Shown: positions 40,784 through 53,683 of the stretch, one piece after another
Layout: each line of letters opens with the position of its first letter
How positions within the stretch are numbered: position 1 is the first letter of the stretch
From: Botryllus schlosseri
Taxonomy: Eukaryota
DNA length: 64,000 bases
NCBI GenBank assembly: GCA_051294905.1
Contig: CM119371.1
Location: 32,986,001 to 33,050,000 of the forward strand
Direction: 5' to 3'
Notes under the pieces: model-generated
Told to the model about the DNA's origin: nothing
Database searches by the model: none
The model's input: only the letters and a program-made list of their open reading frames with translations
Made by a program: the position numbers and the translations under genes

Positions 40784-41681
40784 CAGGGGCGGGCAACTTC
40801 TCGAGTCGGCGGGCCGGATATAGGAAAATTAGGTACTTGGCGGGCCGGATTGCTGAATCGATACAATATTCGCCCATTTATCCACATTCCACATCTACAA
40901 GGAATAAATCGCATTTAAAGAATACATTTTAACGACAGTAATGTCACTTCAAAGCCATTTCTCGCCGATAATGACGAAGACAATGTGGATTTGAGAATAG
41001 CATTGTCATACAGGCGCCGCCATGTCTGCTTCTATCTGATCAATCAACACACGGTGAAATCCTCAATTAAGACTTCAAGGAGTTTGATAACCCCGCTACC
41101 CCTAATTTACCAACACATATATTCGTTAGGGTTGAGTAGGTGACGAGATAGCATTGTTGTTCAACTGTGTGGCCTGAGAAATCTCGATAATGAATTCATG
41201 CGGTCCGCGACCTCTACGAAATTTGAAAAGTGGCCCGCGACCCGTTTTGAGTTAGCGACCCCTGGTATAAGCAGTGTTTTCGTCTTACAAAAGCCTAGAA
41301 GTGTGCCTGGCTACAAGTCGGCGGTTACAGAATGAAAAATAAGATATATCAGCCTGGTGTAATTGACCATTGTAGTCGACAAACACCATAATTACCACAA
41401 ACGACATTACGGTGGAGTACATCGCAAATGCCGATAATGCAAGTCTTCTCGCTTCGACGAAATTACGCGTAAGCTCCACTCTAGCACGCTGCGCATATAC
41501 GTATATAATAACATGCACCATGCAGTCACTAAAATTTGACGTTGTAAGCAAGTAGTGGGAAATCTCGGCAGACTAGGGCCGCGGGTCACATTATCATGTA
41601 AAACGAAAAACTGTCCGCGGGCCGGACAAAATCCCTTCGCGGGCCGGATCCGGCCCGCGGGCCGTATGTTGCCCACCACTG
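40784..41681. mobile_element. Non-autonomous hAT element
   Basis: TIRs CAGGGGCGGGCAAC / GTTGCCCACCACTG; perfect 8-bp TSD GGCTATAT; a degenerate relative lies at ~50041-50477. Confidence 0.88.
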
Positions 41682-41886
41682 GGCTATATCATGCTTAAAT
41701 GATTCATGCATATTATAGGATCCGTTACTTGTCTGTGTTATAAGGACTATAGAAAAAGAAAGAGAGGATATTTCGAAATTAATACTTCCATATTAATTGA
41801 ACAGTGCATGTTTCGTGTTGTACTACAATGAAACAATTTTGCGTGCCATCGTGAATAATATGTTTGCAGATAATTATTGATTTTAT

Positions 41887-42113
41887 TGTAGCGTACCGCT
41901 CCCTGATTACCATGATTACCCGCACTGATCGTCAATCATGCTGCTATTTGTTGCCGTTTGCGCACCTATGTGTGGCAGTCGTCTTTTAGTCTCCGTCGGA
42001 CGAGCATCGTCGTGTTTTAGTTGTTTCAATAAAAAGGTAATACTGAGGTGTCTACTTTGTCTTACCGAGCCGTGGACCTAGAAGAACGCGCGCCCACGAC
42101 AGAGCACGCTATA
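41887..42113 (+). repeat. 5' LTR (227 bp)
   Basis: Inverted ends TGTAGCGT...ACGCTATA, internal AATAAA, ends 3 nt before the PBS. Confidence 0.7.
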
Positions 42114-42116
42114 TTT

Positions 42117-42134
42117 TGGTGACCCCGACGTGAT
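42117..42134 (+). promoter_or_regulatory. Primer-binding site complementary to the tRNA-Trp 3' end
   Basis: TGGTGACCCCGACGTGAT is the complement of the ...ATCACGTCGGGGTCACCA end of eukaryotic tRNA-Trp. Confidence 0.85.
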
Positions 42135-42260
42135 TTCGCCAGCCTTACTAGCTGACGTGATATCGCCCGCCGACTTAAACCCGACGTGCGCTAGCCGACT
42201 CGAATCCTTTGCTCAGCTGTATTTGAAATGTCTTCTCGACGACGACGATGACAACAATCG

Positions 42261-43187
42261 ATGGAAGATATTGCCAGCTCGGCCAATTTCAATGGTACCC
42301 CGACGATGCCGCCACCGGTGGTCAATTTCTGGTACCGTTCGCCAGAATCTTGGTTTGTTTCGGTCGAAGCCGGATTTTCCACTTACGGAGTTACGGACTC
42401 TGCGTCGAAGTATTTTCATGTTCTGAGATGTTTGGACGGCAACCAGCTCGAATCGATTCGTTTCAAGTTACCTGACCAAGAAGACTACGACTGCTACGAA
42501 GTATTGCGTGATCTTCTAATGCGTGAGTACGCTATTCCCTTACGAGATCGTGTTAACGAACTGTATAGTGATCGTTGTAGAGATTTAAAACCCTCTGAAC
42601 TTTTGAACAAATTGCGAAATGCATTGGGGGCTCTATCAAACACACCCAGTTCTAACTGTTATTTGAAAGAAACTTCCCTTCATCATTTGCCAGATCATAT
42701 TGCTGGGATATTGTCGTCACATGTAGACGATACCGTGGAACAGCTTGCCCTACGAGCTGATAGTATATACACTCGCGGTTCTCCTCGTGTGGTGTCCGAT
42801 CATTACAGTTATCCTCAGACTAATCAATTAGATGAATTGCAACGAACTGTTCAATCGATAGCTCGAGAGGTCAGGGAATTGAGGGCGATACCTTCGGCAC
42901 GACATTTACCTGCATCTGACGGACAACGATCACCTGATTTCAATCGTAGTTCCGCTCCCCGTCCTGAACCACTCAGAAACGATCGACCAGCTTTTCGAAC
43001 GCAGTCAAACCGTTCAGAGACACATGGTGATATAACTAGATTTGCTCATCTGCGTGGTACGAGGCAGTTGTGCTTTTATCATGACAAATTCGGTGATAGA
43101 GCTCGAAACTGCCGCCCACCCTGTTCCTACTCTTCAAATCGCCCTTTTTTAGAAGGCCTCGTGAGGGATCGCAACAATTTTCAATAG
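42261..43187 (+). CDS. gag: Gypsy gag
   Basis: 308-aa open frame; N-terminal FWYRSPESWFVSVEAGF and C-terminal CFYHDKFGDRARNCRPPC (CHCC). Confidence 0.88.
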   Translation: MEDIASSANFNGTPTMPPPVVNFWYRSPESWFVSVEAGFSTYGVTDSASKYFHVLRCLDGNQLESIRFKLPDQEDYDCYEVLRDLLMREYAIPLRDRVNELYSDRCRDLKPSELLNKLRNALGALSNTPSSNCYLKETSLHHLPDHIAGILSSHVDDTVEQLALRADSIYTRGSPRVVSDHYSYPQTNQLDELQRTVQSIAREVRELRAIPSARHLPASDGQRSPDFNRSSAPRPEPLRNDRPAFRTQSNRSETHGDITRFAHLRGTRQLCFYHDKFGDRARNCRPPCSYSSNRPFLEGLVRDRNNFQ

Positions 43188-46100
43188 TGAATGCTAACTC
43201 CGAGTGTCAAAACCCTCTATTGCATGTGCGAGATTCGATTTCAGAGCAGATTTTCCTCGTCGATTCACGAGCATCCGTTTCTGTTTTACCGACTTCGAGT
43301 AACGTTTTCAAGAGTAAACCAGGACCAAATCTGTACGCTACAAATGGATCGAAAATTGCGACGTTAAGAACGAGATATTTACGGATCGAGGTCTCCGATA
43401 GACACGAGTATGGATTTCGATTCTATATTGCCGATACACACATTGCCATATTGGGGGCTGGTTTTATTGAGCGATTTTCTCTCGTTGATTTGAGGAGCAA
43501 TTGTGTGTCAACGACATTACCATTCCACGGAATGCAGCAATACGAGCTCATCACGGTACTGTATATCGTATTATTAATAATGGATGTCCCACTCGTTCTC
43601 GCTGTCGCCCATTGCCGCCCCATTTGAAACAGAAGGTGAAGAATCGATTGCAAGAGATGTTAATGTCCGGTGTAATCATTCCCTCAAAATCGCCTTTCGC
43701 CTCTCCCGTCAATGTCGTACCAAAGTGGTTAGACCAGAGGTCTCAAACTCAAGTGTGCTCGCGGGCCAGTTTTCCAGTTTTGACGACGCCGCGGGCCGCA
43801 GCATTTATAGGGGTATTCTGTCTTCCCAAGTAGTCCATAATTAGCGGGAAAGAATTGTCCTATTGAAAGGGATCCAGCAGACTGACAGTAAACACACATC
43901 TTTAATATGTGTTTTACTCTTGTATCAATTTAGGCCTGGCACGAAAAGAATCTTCATATTTATAACTATTTGAATATGATTGTTATTGTACTTGATTTAT
44001 ATTAATCATAAGATAGAGACACCATATGGGCGGACAAATGTATGATGCAATCATAAAATGCTGTCGGGTTATAATTTTGCAGCTACTGCGAATATTTTGA
44101 ATTTAACAGATTGATAATAGAGAATAATCTGATATCAAAACATTTTTAGGTTGAGCATTGCAATTCCAATCCAGGATTCGGGTATACTTCTGATAAGTAG
44201 CCTATTAATCTCAATGCCAAATATCAAATAAAGGAGCAGAAAAAAATATAAATATAATTTGAATATGGTAATGAATGTGTCCTAGTGATTGAACTGTCGG
44301 AACGCCGAACAGCCCATTGTTGGTAAATGGTTGTAGCGTACCACTACGGTACTCGATACCGTTAAGTGGCCCCAATAACGTGGTTTAGCGACCAAATATG
44401 CAATTAACAGATTGCCAATGGTTGCCATAACTACTTGCTTAGTTAGCGAAATACCAAGCTGCGACCTTCTGATCTATTACTATTCCCCTGATACCCGATT
44501 ATAGTTTGGTGCGTTCATGGCTCTAACCAATTCACGGCATTCCGAGTCCACTCGAGTCATGTTCATTTTGCCATTTTGCCATCGAGTTAGCTCGAGTACG
44601 AGTAATGCTAAGAAAGGTCGCATCCAAGTATAGATAACTAACCTACGTAGGTTAGTTATGTATAGTCCAAGTCCAGGTCACAAATTTCAGTCACGACTCG
44701 TCTAAAGGTCAGGTTTTGTCATCATGAAACGGAAATGTGACGAAATAGTGAATCGTCCACTGCATGGTAGCGTTTGCAATGGATGTGATAGTGTCAGGCT
44801 TTCGGAGAAATTTAAGAGGAAATTTTCACTTCATAACCAGAAAAGATATGTGTCACACTTATATATTGACAAATTATTAAAAATCTAAAATGTCGTCGCG
44901 GGCCGCACAAATTGCTCTGGCGGGCCGCATGCGGCCCGCGTTCCTCGTGTTTGAGACCTCTGGGTTAGAGGATATTAGACTCTGTGTCGACTATGGGAAA
45001 TTAAACAATCAAACGGTCAAGGATCGATGGCCTGTCCCATTTCCGCGTGATTTTACCAATGAACTGTCGAACTGTAATGTTTTTAGCAAAGTTTATTTAG
45101 CGAAGGCGTACCATCAAATTCCTCTTCATCCGGACGATCAAGAGAAGGCTGCTTTTATTTGTTTCGAAGGACTATTCCAACCAACGACGATGATATTCGG
45201 CTTGACCAACGCTTGTAGTACTTTAGCTGTTTTATATCTGAAGTAACGGAAGGACTGGACAATATTTTTGTGTTTTTAGAGGATGAGCCCATGGCAACAT
45301 TGAAGGAATTGTTTTCAAGGTTTCGTAAGTTCGGTTTCGTAAGTTCGGACTGGTCATAAATGTCGATATGTGCAGTTTCGGTAAGGATGAAATCAAATTT
45401 TCAGGTCACCTTGTCAATGCAAGGGGAATTAGTCCCTTACCATCAAAGGTTGAATACCATCAAAGGTTGAAGTAATCTCTAACTATCCTCGTCCCGAAAA
45501 TGTAAAACAACTACGTTCATTCCTTGGACTAGTTCGCTATTACCACCGTTTTGTCCAAAACTGTGCCGAGATTTTGAAGCCATGACGTGGTCAATGCAGC
45601 ATCGAATAAGCGTGATCGTGTCAAATGGACAGATAGTGCTAACACAGCTTTCGAACGTATCAAGACCTAACTGTCCGATAATGTCATATTATCTCTCCCG
45701 ATTCAGAACTGTCACTTGTGGTAGACGCTAGTCAAGTCGGAATCGGAGCTGTTTTGCAGCAGAAACGTGATGATTCGTGGTTACCCTTAGCATTCTTCTC
45801 GAAAACCTTGAACCCGACACAACGCAAGTACTCCGCATTTGATCGCGAGCTTTTAGCGGCTTATGCAGCAATCAAGCATTTTCATGTCCAGCTAAAGGGT
45901 AGGAAATTTCAACTGATTACCGATAATGACGGGCTTGTAAAATCGTTAAGGAATCCAACCGACAGACTTCTGGATCGTCAAGCAAGACAATTGGAATTCA
46001 TCAAAGACACATCAAGGAGTTCCACCTAACATAATGACCGGTGAATGTTGGCTTCCGAATCACCGGTCCTTTGTCGACAGAAAGAATTTTTGTATAATCT

Positions 46101-47160
46101 TAAAATCTCACACTATAGTTGTTGCTGCTTAGCTATTCGTCCGTATTTCTGCACAATTTTTATTCTGTGTTGCTGCATTGTCTCATTGTATTTGTATGTT
46201 ATTCCTCACGGGCAGTACTTATTGAAGTTGCTTGTTTGTTGCTATGGTTGAATTTCCACTCATGTTATTTATAAATTTTTATTATTGCGTCACAATTCGC
46301 CATTTGGTTTTGAATCCATCTCTGTTCTGTATCCTTTGCTCTTGATAAGAGGCACGCGAAAAGTTCTTCGAGTCAATAAATATGAATTTACTGTTAAAAG
46401 GTCAAAGATTCATAGGCAAACTCGAACTCCAATTAACAAGCTTTCCGTCCCTTCCGAACGCTTTCATACGGTTAACGTGGACATTTTGTCACTCCCCAAT
46501 AGTTGCGGCTACACGTATATTCTGATGTGTGTTGATCGCTATACTCGCTGGCCTGTATATGTGTTCCCATGATGGACATTCGTGCCCAAACTGTTATTGA
46601 TGCGTTTAGTTTTGGCTGGGTGTCGAATTTCGGCTCACCCCGTAAAGTAATAACCGACCGAGGAAGTCAGTTTACCTCGCTGGAATGGACTCGGTTTATG
46701 CAATTCTTGGGTATCTTCCATATCACAACCTTGGCGTATAAGCCGGAACAAAATTCTCTTGTCGAACGCTATAACAGAACTTTTAAAGCCTCCCTCCACG
46801 CATTAGAAAGTCCTCATAATTGGTATCATCATTTAGGCTCAATTGTTTTAGGGCTGCGATGGCACTTCCCTTCGATTACCCGGTCAATAGTCCATCCCTC
46901 TTCCAGTGGTAATAACGCTAATGATTTCAACTACGTCGGTGAATTGAAACGATATTTCTCAGCCTTGAGTGAGATGCCGACTAAGTTTCATTCGAATCAA
47001 AAATCACATGTCCCGAAAGATTTGAATAATTGCAAGCACGTTTTTTTTTGCGGATAGATGGTCATCGTAGATCACTCGATCCGGTTTATTCTGGTCCACA
47101 TCAACTTTTAAAACGCACTCGTAAATGTTTCACAATTCAAACGAATAAGGGTCCGTATGA
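43187..47160 (+). pseudogene. pol: Gypsy pol (protease, RT, RNase H, integrase), frameshifted and interrupted
   Basis: FLVDSRASVS (decayed D-S-G-A), SPFASPVNVVPK/RLCVDYGKLN, AYHQIP, VDASQVGIGAVLQQ, YSAFDRELLA, CVDRYTRWP, TDRGSQFTS, VERYNRT. Confidence 0.9.
43735..44962. mobile_element. Non-autonomous hAT element inserted in the Gypsy RT
   Basis: TIRs CAGAGGTCTCAAAC / GTTTGAGACCTCTG; 8-bp TSD GGTTAGAC / GGTTAGAG; removing it restores VPKWLEDIRLCVDY. Confidence 0.9.
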
Positions 47161-47280
47161 CTCATGAGCATAGCCATCGCATTTACACGTGAATAAATTT
47201 CTTCAGCCGCGATCATTTAATTATTTTTCTAGTTTGCCCCGAGCCGAAAATGTTTAGAAACCACTGGTCTACTGTATAGC

Positions 47281-48576
47281 CAGAGCCGTGACAGCACTTC
47301 GTCAGCCCCCCCCAAAAGCTTTGGTCTAGGGCCCCCCATAGGGCTATAGGCCGAACTTCTGGGGGTCTTAGCCCCCAAACCCCCTTTGGCGATACACTGT
47401 TTACCGCTATTCATCATATTACTTGGGAGTTGGTTTAGTGAATTAGCTTTCGTCGCCTAAGCGCGCGAATCGCGGAAAATTTATAGAATTCATGATTGTA
47501 TCAGGCAGTATAATCGGGAATTGCATAAACATTGTTATCAATACATATCTCCTCTCTGCTCACGCGATCAGATTTGCCAGTGGAGCTGAGTGAGGTGTGT
47601 TTGAAAAGGTAGGACCACTCGATAATAATTGAACATCTTCGGGCGCATACCCGTTGGCAGGAACGAAACTGTACCTCGTCAGGCCCCCCAAAACGTTGGT
47701 CTTGGGCTCCCATAGGGTGTAAAACGACACCCCCATCACGTTGTTCGCGTTTGTCACGAAATTATCTGTACTACATTTTGAGGCAGCGCCAAGCGCGAAA
47801 ATTTTCGATAATTTATGATCAAATCGGTCAATCAGATCGGCGATTGCATATATATTACGCTATCAATTTATCGTCCATTCTATACCCACGTAATTAGATT
47901 TACCGGTAGGGCTGAGTGAAGTGTCTTGAAAACGGGAGGGTCCGTAAATAATAATTGAAGACATTCGGGCGGGTGGACCCGCTGATATGACTTCGTTGCA
48001 TGATGTTATTTCGTGACTTCCAGTCTGCCATATCAAAAAACATAGAATCGCAATCGCCCAAACGTAGGCTTCTAAACTAAGAACGCACACGATTTCAAAT
48101 TGGTATTTCTTCACTGGCATAAAATTTTTCCCAGCGGGATGGTATTTGTCTTGTGAGGTTCAGATTGCAAAGACATGAACATTCGGCGCCAGTCATTTAG
48201 GCGCCTATGGACAATTAAACCTATATGTATTTTGTGTATATAACGAAGTCTTCGGTCAGCATACGGGCATAGACCTTTTTGGCCATGGTTTTCTCGCTGC
48301 CGATCGTTCTGGCATACTTCTTGGAGTGGTATGTTATATGGCCTAAAACTTCATTATATGTCTTGGTGGGTCGTGGCGCAGTAATGGCCCATTACCCAAT
48401 AATAAAGACAAATGGCTACTTGAATTCGCGCCTAGCGCGCAAAAATTTTGAAGAAATTGCATAAATTTTCGAAAAATACTCTATGATTTATGCTAATTCA
48501 CGAAATAATTTTGGGCCCCCTTCGAGCTCGCCCCCCCCCCAATTGAGGGGTTTGGGGTGCGGCAGTTACGGTGCTG
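47281..48576. mobile_element. Non-autonomous hAT-type element
   Basis: Imperfect TIRs CAGAGCCGTGAC / GTTACGGTGCTG; perfect 8-bp TSD TGTATAGC. Confidence 0.78.
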
Positions 48577-49957
48577 TGTATAGCAAACAATACCTCATTC
48601 CTTTCACAGGACACCGAACAATCACGATCAAGTTAGAGGTTTCAACAGCACTTCGCGAGCTTCGCTTTGCGTAAAATTCAACATAATCAAGCATAAATAT
48701 CTACTACCAAAAAGGCACCATCAATTTAAGTTTACAATGGCACATTTGAGTTGCATGCATTTATCGTAATTAAATTCATGGTTAATCTTGATTTTTGGAG
48801 GTTCACTGGCCGGCGACTTTTGTATGGAGTTTTATCGGTCTGGGTGGTCAAAAAGGTTGAGAACCACTGATATATACTATCCAATTGTATATTGAAGTTC
48901 TCTACCTCCAATAACAATTTCAAATATTGAGTTTTCTAACTTTTATTGTTTATTTCGTCCATACAACAGTAGTGCATTTCGCCTATTAAGGTCATGTGAT
49001 CCACGACAATGACTTGGAAATGTTAAGGATCTTTGCCTTCCGTAATCTTCATGATGACTTATAACACTCCGCGTTTCCAACATCAGTCTCTCTCGTTTTG
49101 CGTGCGCCCGGAACTTTATCTTCGGTCCCGACTTTTTCAGGCTCGGCTCACCATCACTCTGGGAGTTTTAAAACAATGCTATTGGAGCCCAGATAAACCT
49201 CCGGCACATAGAAACTTGGCAGAGTCGAGACCTGAACCAACATCCATTGGCGTCATGACGATGTATCTTAGCACACTACACCACTCGCTAGTTTTCTAAC
49301 TATCCAAACAATCGATCAAAAAACGAATTGACTAATATTATTATTCTGTATCACTTATAGAGCGCAAGTTATGAACGCACATTCAAACGCATGTACAATA
49401 AGGATAATGAATATTTAAAAGCATATTTCAACAACACAAACTGCGTTGATTTGGAAGAGAAATTGCATTGTACGATTGTTTTTCGCTGATTGTGTCTGTC
49501 CCAGAATACGTATAAAATGTAACTCTGACATAGCGTACATAATGCATATCGGGCTGATAATCGAATAAAACAGCACAGAAAATATTAAAGACAATATAGT
49601 AACTGTGCAATGGACCAAACAATTTTTTTGTTGCGAGCAGATGGGATAAGTGGGCGATCGATACCTGGTTTGCGACCCAGGGAGGCGGCCGTTGTGTACA
49701 AAATGAGTTTAGGTGAAAATGATTTGTAGACGCATCGCATGATGCATATATTAACGGGATGGCAATGCTTCTGGACGCACGGTGACATGTTTGATTGTTG
49801 GTTAATTTGATATTCATGGTGTTTTGACTACATTGTTTATTTTACACCAGGCCCATTTTCTTTATTTTTGATTCCGTATTTACCGAATTGTAGAACTGCG
49901 CACTTCTAGGCTTTTGCTTAGATAAACCTCCAACACTTAGATAGGAATTCCGTAGTA

Positions 49958-50031
49958 GACCTCGGTCGGACTCGAACCCACAACCCATTGGTATTGTAGC
50001 TGTGCATCATACCACTATACGCTATCTCTCC
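49958..50031 (-). mobile_element. tRNA-derived SINE head (Pol III A/B boxes)
   Basis: Minus strand reads GATAGCGTATAGTGGTA (A-box-like) ... GGTTCGAGTCC (B box); stems too degenerate for a functional tRNA. Confidence 0.6.
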
Positions 50032-50846
50032 ACAACTTCTCCAGTTGGCGGGCCGGATTCCAAAATCGATACAGTGATCGTGTAGGCTATTTATCCACCT
50101 CTACAAGAAATAAATAGTATAAAATGTGAATAATAAGTTGAAAGCATAGAGGCCCAAAATAGTATTTAATGAATTTATTAACGTAATATAGGCCTACTTC
50201 AATAGCTGTTGAAGTCGATAAGATATGCGTTCGATCAAATTTGGCGACAGCACGCTAACATCAGCTGGATTGGAACGCAGCTTATTCTCTCCATTTTCTT
50301 GGTCGAAAATTATTGTGCACTACTGTATGTAGACCCAAAGAGAACAAGTATAGTTTCATGGTGACCTTCCTCCAACTGCGGGTCACATTATCATGTAAGA
50401 CAGGAAACTCTCTGCGGGCCGCTTAGAATTCCTACGCGAGCCGGATCCGGCCCGCGGGCCCCATGTTGCCCGTCCCTTAACTAGAGCATATTTCTCCGGT
50501 CGTGGCTGACGGATTAGATTTACCAAATAAAATGTGTGTAGTCCAAGCCAACTACAATCGTACCTCTTATTAACACGGGGGCATGAATTCCATCGTGCAT
50601 ATTGGATATGGCAAGCGATCGAATGATGGTCAGCTATATGATACCTTCAGACAGAACTAAAGACTAAATAAGTAATATAATCCCTATCATAACTTCAATT
50701 GCCCTGTATAACGTTCTTCACAATTAGATAGTCAAATTATGTTGATAATTATACCTCTTTCAACATTAAATACGGTATAATTTGAATATGTTATTTATAT
50801 ATCTGAATGTACATTGTTGCATTTAATTGAGACGCTTTCTATTCAG

Positions 50847-50984
50847 GTGGATGTTTTAGACTTGGCTGGAAACTCAATTAACTCAACAGTATTTAATTCA
50901 TATCTTCGAAAATTGAAAGTACGGAAAGTTATTTTGGATTACTATGATATGAACAAGCACCGACATAGAAATTTTGCGTGGAAT
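50847..50984 (+). CDS. NLR-like gene, LRR-containing exon
   Basis: Acceptor TTTCTATTCAG, phase 0 matching the donor at 39012; VDVLDLAGNSIN fits LxxLxLxxNxI; donor GTAAGT at 50985. Confidence 0.75.
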
Positions 50985-51090
50985 GTAAGTTATTCAAACT
51001 TATCGAATATTCGAGGATGTAGGCTATTATAATGGTTAAGCCAATGAACAGTGAAGAGGTGTAGTAATCTAGCCTGGCGAACGTGTAAGA

Positions 51091-52331
51091 CAGTGGTTCT
51101 GAACCTTTTTGTCTCAACCTTTTATACCGTGACGGACCCTGCGGACCCCCTCAAGTGTTAGTTCAAATTTAGCTCGATTATCGTGCAACCGTCATCTGTC
51201 TTGTGTGAATATAAATTGTAGGATAGTGATAAACAGCAACAAAATTACCGATCTTGAAAACAATATCATACTATATGTAGAAATATGGATAGACTTTTAA
51301 TATTTCGAAGGGACTTCTGCAGCTGTATTTCTTATTTTTTGAAATATGTGGTCGTGTCTTGAAAATTCACGCGTTCGATTTGATATGAACAAGTGCTGAA
51401 AATCCATTTCCACAAATGTAGCTAGCGGCGAATGTAATAGTAACGCCTGACGCTTCCGACGACACCTTTGGGCGGTAAGTGCACACTGAACACTGAGTTG
51501 AGTTTTCTGGAATAATGTGCCAAAAAGTAGTTCTTCACACAAGCGAAAGCGACAATGCCGGACCGGTATATGAAGTTTACATGGGTAATGATATACTATT
51601 CACACAAAAAATGTAATTTAAATATCAGTGCTTGGTCGCGGTGCTGTATCATTTCTGAATTCAAAGGTCCCCGGAATCTAGAGAAACCTGACTCGTGATT
51701 TAACAAGAATACAACAAATTCAAAAGTCTGCGTTTACAGTTTAATCTCTTATATTCTTCACAACGCATACACACGGCTAACGCCAGATTACGACTTGAGC
51801 AAATGGAGCATGGAAATAACTGAACTTGTGTCGTCCTTACCGCCACTGTTTTATCAGCGGTTCATAAGTGTATTCAACTACAATCTCTATAATTCAACCA
51901 GCCAATCATCATCGTCAAGTACATTGCTCGCGAATAATGGTGTTGCTACTTGCTAGAATAGAGCCCCTATGATCCGTGATACAATTGCAATGTACTGTTA
52001 TCTATATATGCCTATGCTTGATAATAAGGTGTTCAAGTGACAAGCAAAGCGTGCGGCAGGCGAGAATTTGCAATTTTGAATCCGGCCCGCGACGTAATTT
52101 GAGGTTGAGAACCCTGATTTACACAGTAGCATATTTAATTTCATACGTCCCTCTGTAGATGTGCTTACTGAAGCATTAGCAGTTTGAAGCGAGACTGCTT
52201 CGCGATTTCCGTAATTTAAACAAGTTGCAAATTCCTTTACAATCATTTTGCAAATTTAGAGGTCTCGCGTGCCCCCTGAAAATGCTTCGCGGACCCCCAG
52301 GGGTCCGCGTACCCCCAGTTGAGAACCACTG
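51091..52331. mobile_element. Non-autonomous hAT element
   Basis: TIRs CAGTGGTTCT(G/C)AAC; 8-bp TSD GTGTAAGA / GTCTAAGA; homologous in inverted orientation to 55251-56136. Confidence 0.82.
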
Positions 52332-52444
52332 GTCTAAGACTTGATCAGTTGAAAGACACTGACACGACCGTCAGTGTAAATATATGCTTTTGAGATCCCA
52401 GTATTCATCATCTCTGGTTTTTATCTTTGGTTTTTCTTTGGAAG

Positions 52445-52543
52445 AGTATTCAGGTTGTGGATTTCGACAATGTTTTGACATTAATCAATGAGGACGACTT
52501 CATCCTGATTAAAGGGAGAGCCAGTGGACGTTTTCATAAAAAG
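52445..52543 (+). CDS. Candidate further exon of the NLR-like gene
   Basis: Long pyrimidine tract, then AG at 52444 (or 52453); open phase 0-0 frame SIQVVDFDNVLTLINEDDFILIKGRASGRFHKK; weak donor GTGGGC. Confidence 0.4.
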
Positions 52544-52899
52544 GTGGGCGGCATCAAGTATGCTGGCATTGTCATATTTGTTACCTCAGTCCAGTTTTTT
52601 TTCAAGTTTATGATAATAATCAAGGCATTTTTTTACCTTAAACGAAAGATTTTGACCTAAAAAATCTAAATTTTGACCTTTTTTGACCTTAAAAACTGAA
52701 ATTTGACCAAATTTTGACCTCACGTATGCAAATTAGGTGTTTTCGCATATAATGTTAAAATTGTACTACTTATCTTCATTTCCGGTTGAAACTGTTTGTC
52801 CTTACAAAGTAGATTGGCCTGAAAAAACGTTTTTGGCTCATAAACTGACAGATTTTTACATGTAAAACTAGTATTTTAACGAAATCTGGCCCTATGAAG

Positions 52900-53070
52900 A
52901 ATTCCAGTAGTTGTGGAAATAATTGAAATTTGTTATAGTACAACGAAAGATACTTTCCTTCATTCTTGGGTAGAAAGTGTCGGTCCTTACTACGTAGCTT
53001 GCCAAGAACGGAGAAAGAACGTTCAACAGCAGCATTTGTTGGCTGACAACACTCAAGTTGTGCTGCTGGT
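52900..53070 (-). pseudogene. Remnant of a hAT-like transposase C-terminus inside an element rich in TTTTGACC repeats
   Basis: PTNAAVERSFSVLGKLRSKDRHF resembles the hAT dimerisation-region ERxFS motif; flanked by TTTTGACC arrays at ~52650-52720 and ~53390-53450. Confidence 0.55.
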
Positions 53071-53530
53071 GACAAACCGTGTTGCTTCATTCTGACAATG
53101 TTGTCTCTGTCACAATTTTTCAGCTTGCGCTTCTTGATATAAGAACCATGCAATGTCCAAGCAGTCTTGCTTCAGCTAGGATATTGCGGTACGTTGACCA
53201 TAAAACCATGTCACTATTTGTTTCATTTGACCATTTATGATTCACAATGGTCAGACGATGGTCCGTTTACAACGGTAGGCCGATAAAGTAGGCTACAAGC
53301 TGTAAAATATCAAATGATAAGTTTACCGACAGCGCAAAATCTACGATACAAACGAAATGCAGAGGTCAAAAAATGTTTGACTTTTTAAACAATTTTGACA
53401 AATTTTGACCTAACGCTACAATTTTGACCTAATTTTGACTTTTTTTGACATGTCAAAAAAAATTGCCCTAATAATAATATGACTGATCAGAATTTGTAAT
53501 GAAGCTATATTTATACATGTAATTCCGCAG

Positions 53531-53683
53531 AACTCCGCACTTGCAATCGAAGCGGCAATTGCCTTCCGGGATGTAGTATATCTTGCGAGATTTTTCGAAG
53601 AAACCTGGATCGACATTCCCGACAATCAGATCTATGCGAGATATGATGAATTAGTCGACGCATCAGATGTCTATATCAGAAAG
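53531..53683 (+). CDS. Candidate further exon of the NLR-like gene
   Basis: Acceptor TTCCGCAG; 51 open codons (NSALAIEAAIAFRDVVYLARFFEETWIDIPDNQIYARYDELVDASDVYIRK); donor AAG/GTTAGT; phase 0-0. Confidence 0.55.

Larger units (their letters stand above)
41887..47160 (+). mobile_element. 3'-truncated Gypsy LTR retrotransposon, CsRn1-like
   Basis: 5' LTR, tRNA-Trp PBS, gag with a CHCC motif, then PR-RT-RH-IN order; no 3' LTR found; right limit approximate. Confidence 0.88.

Noticed and set aside
44332..44342. TGTAGCGTACC as the start of a 3' LTR
   Set aside because: Only a short match, inside a hAT MITE in the middle of pol, with no further similarity
49958..50031. Functional tRNA gene
   Set aside because: A/B boxes are present but acceptor and anticodon stems do not pair well; more consistent with a SINE head
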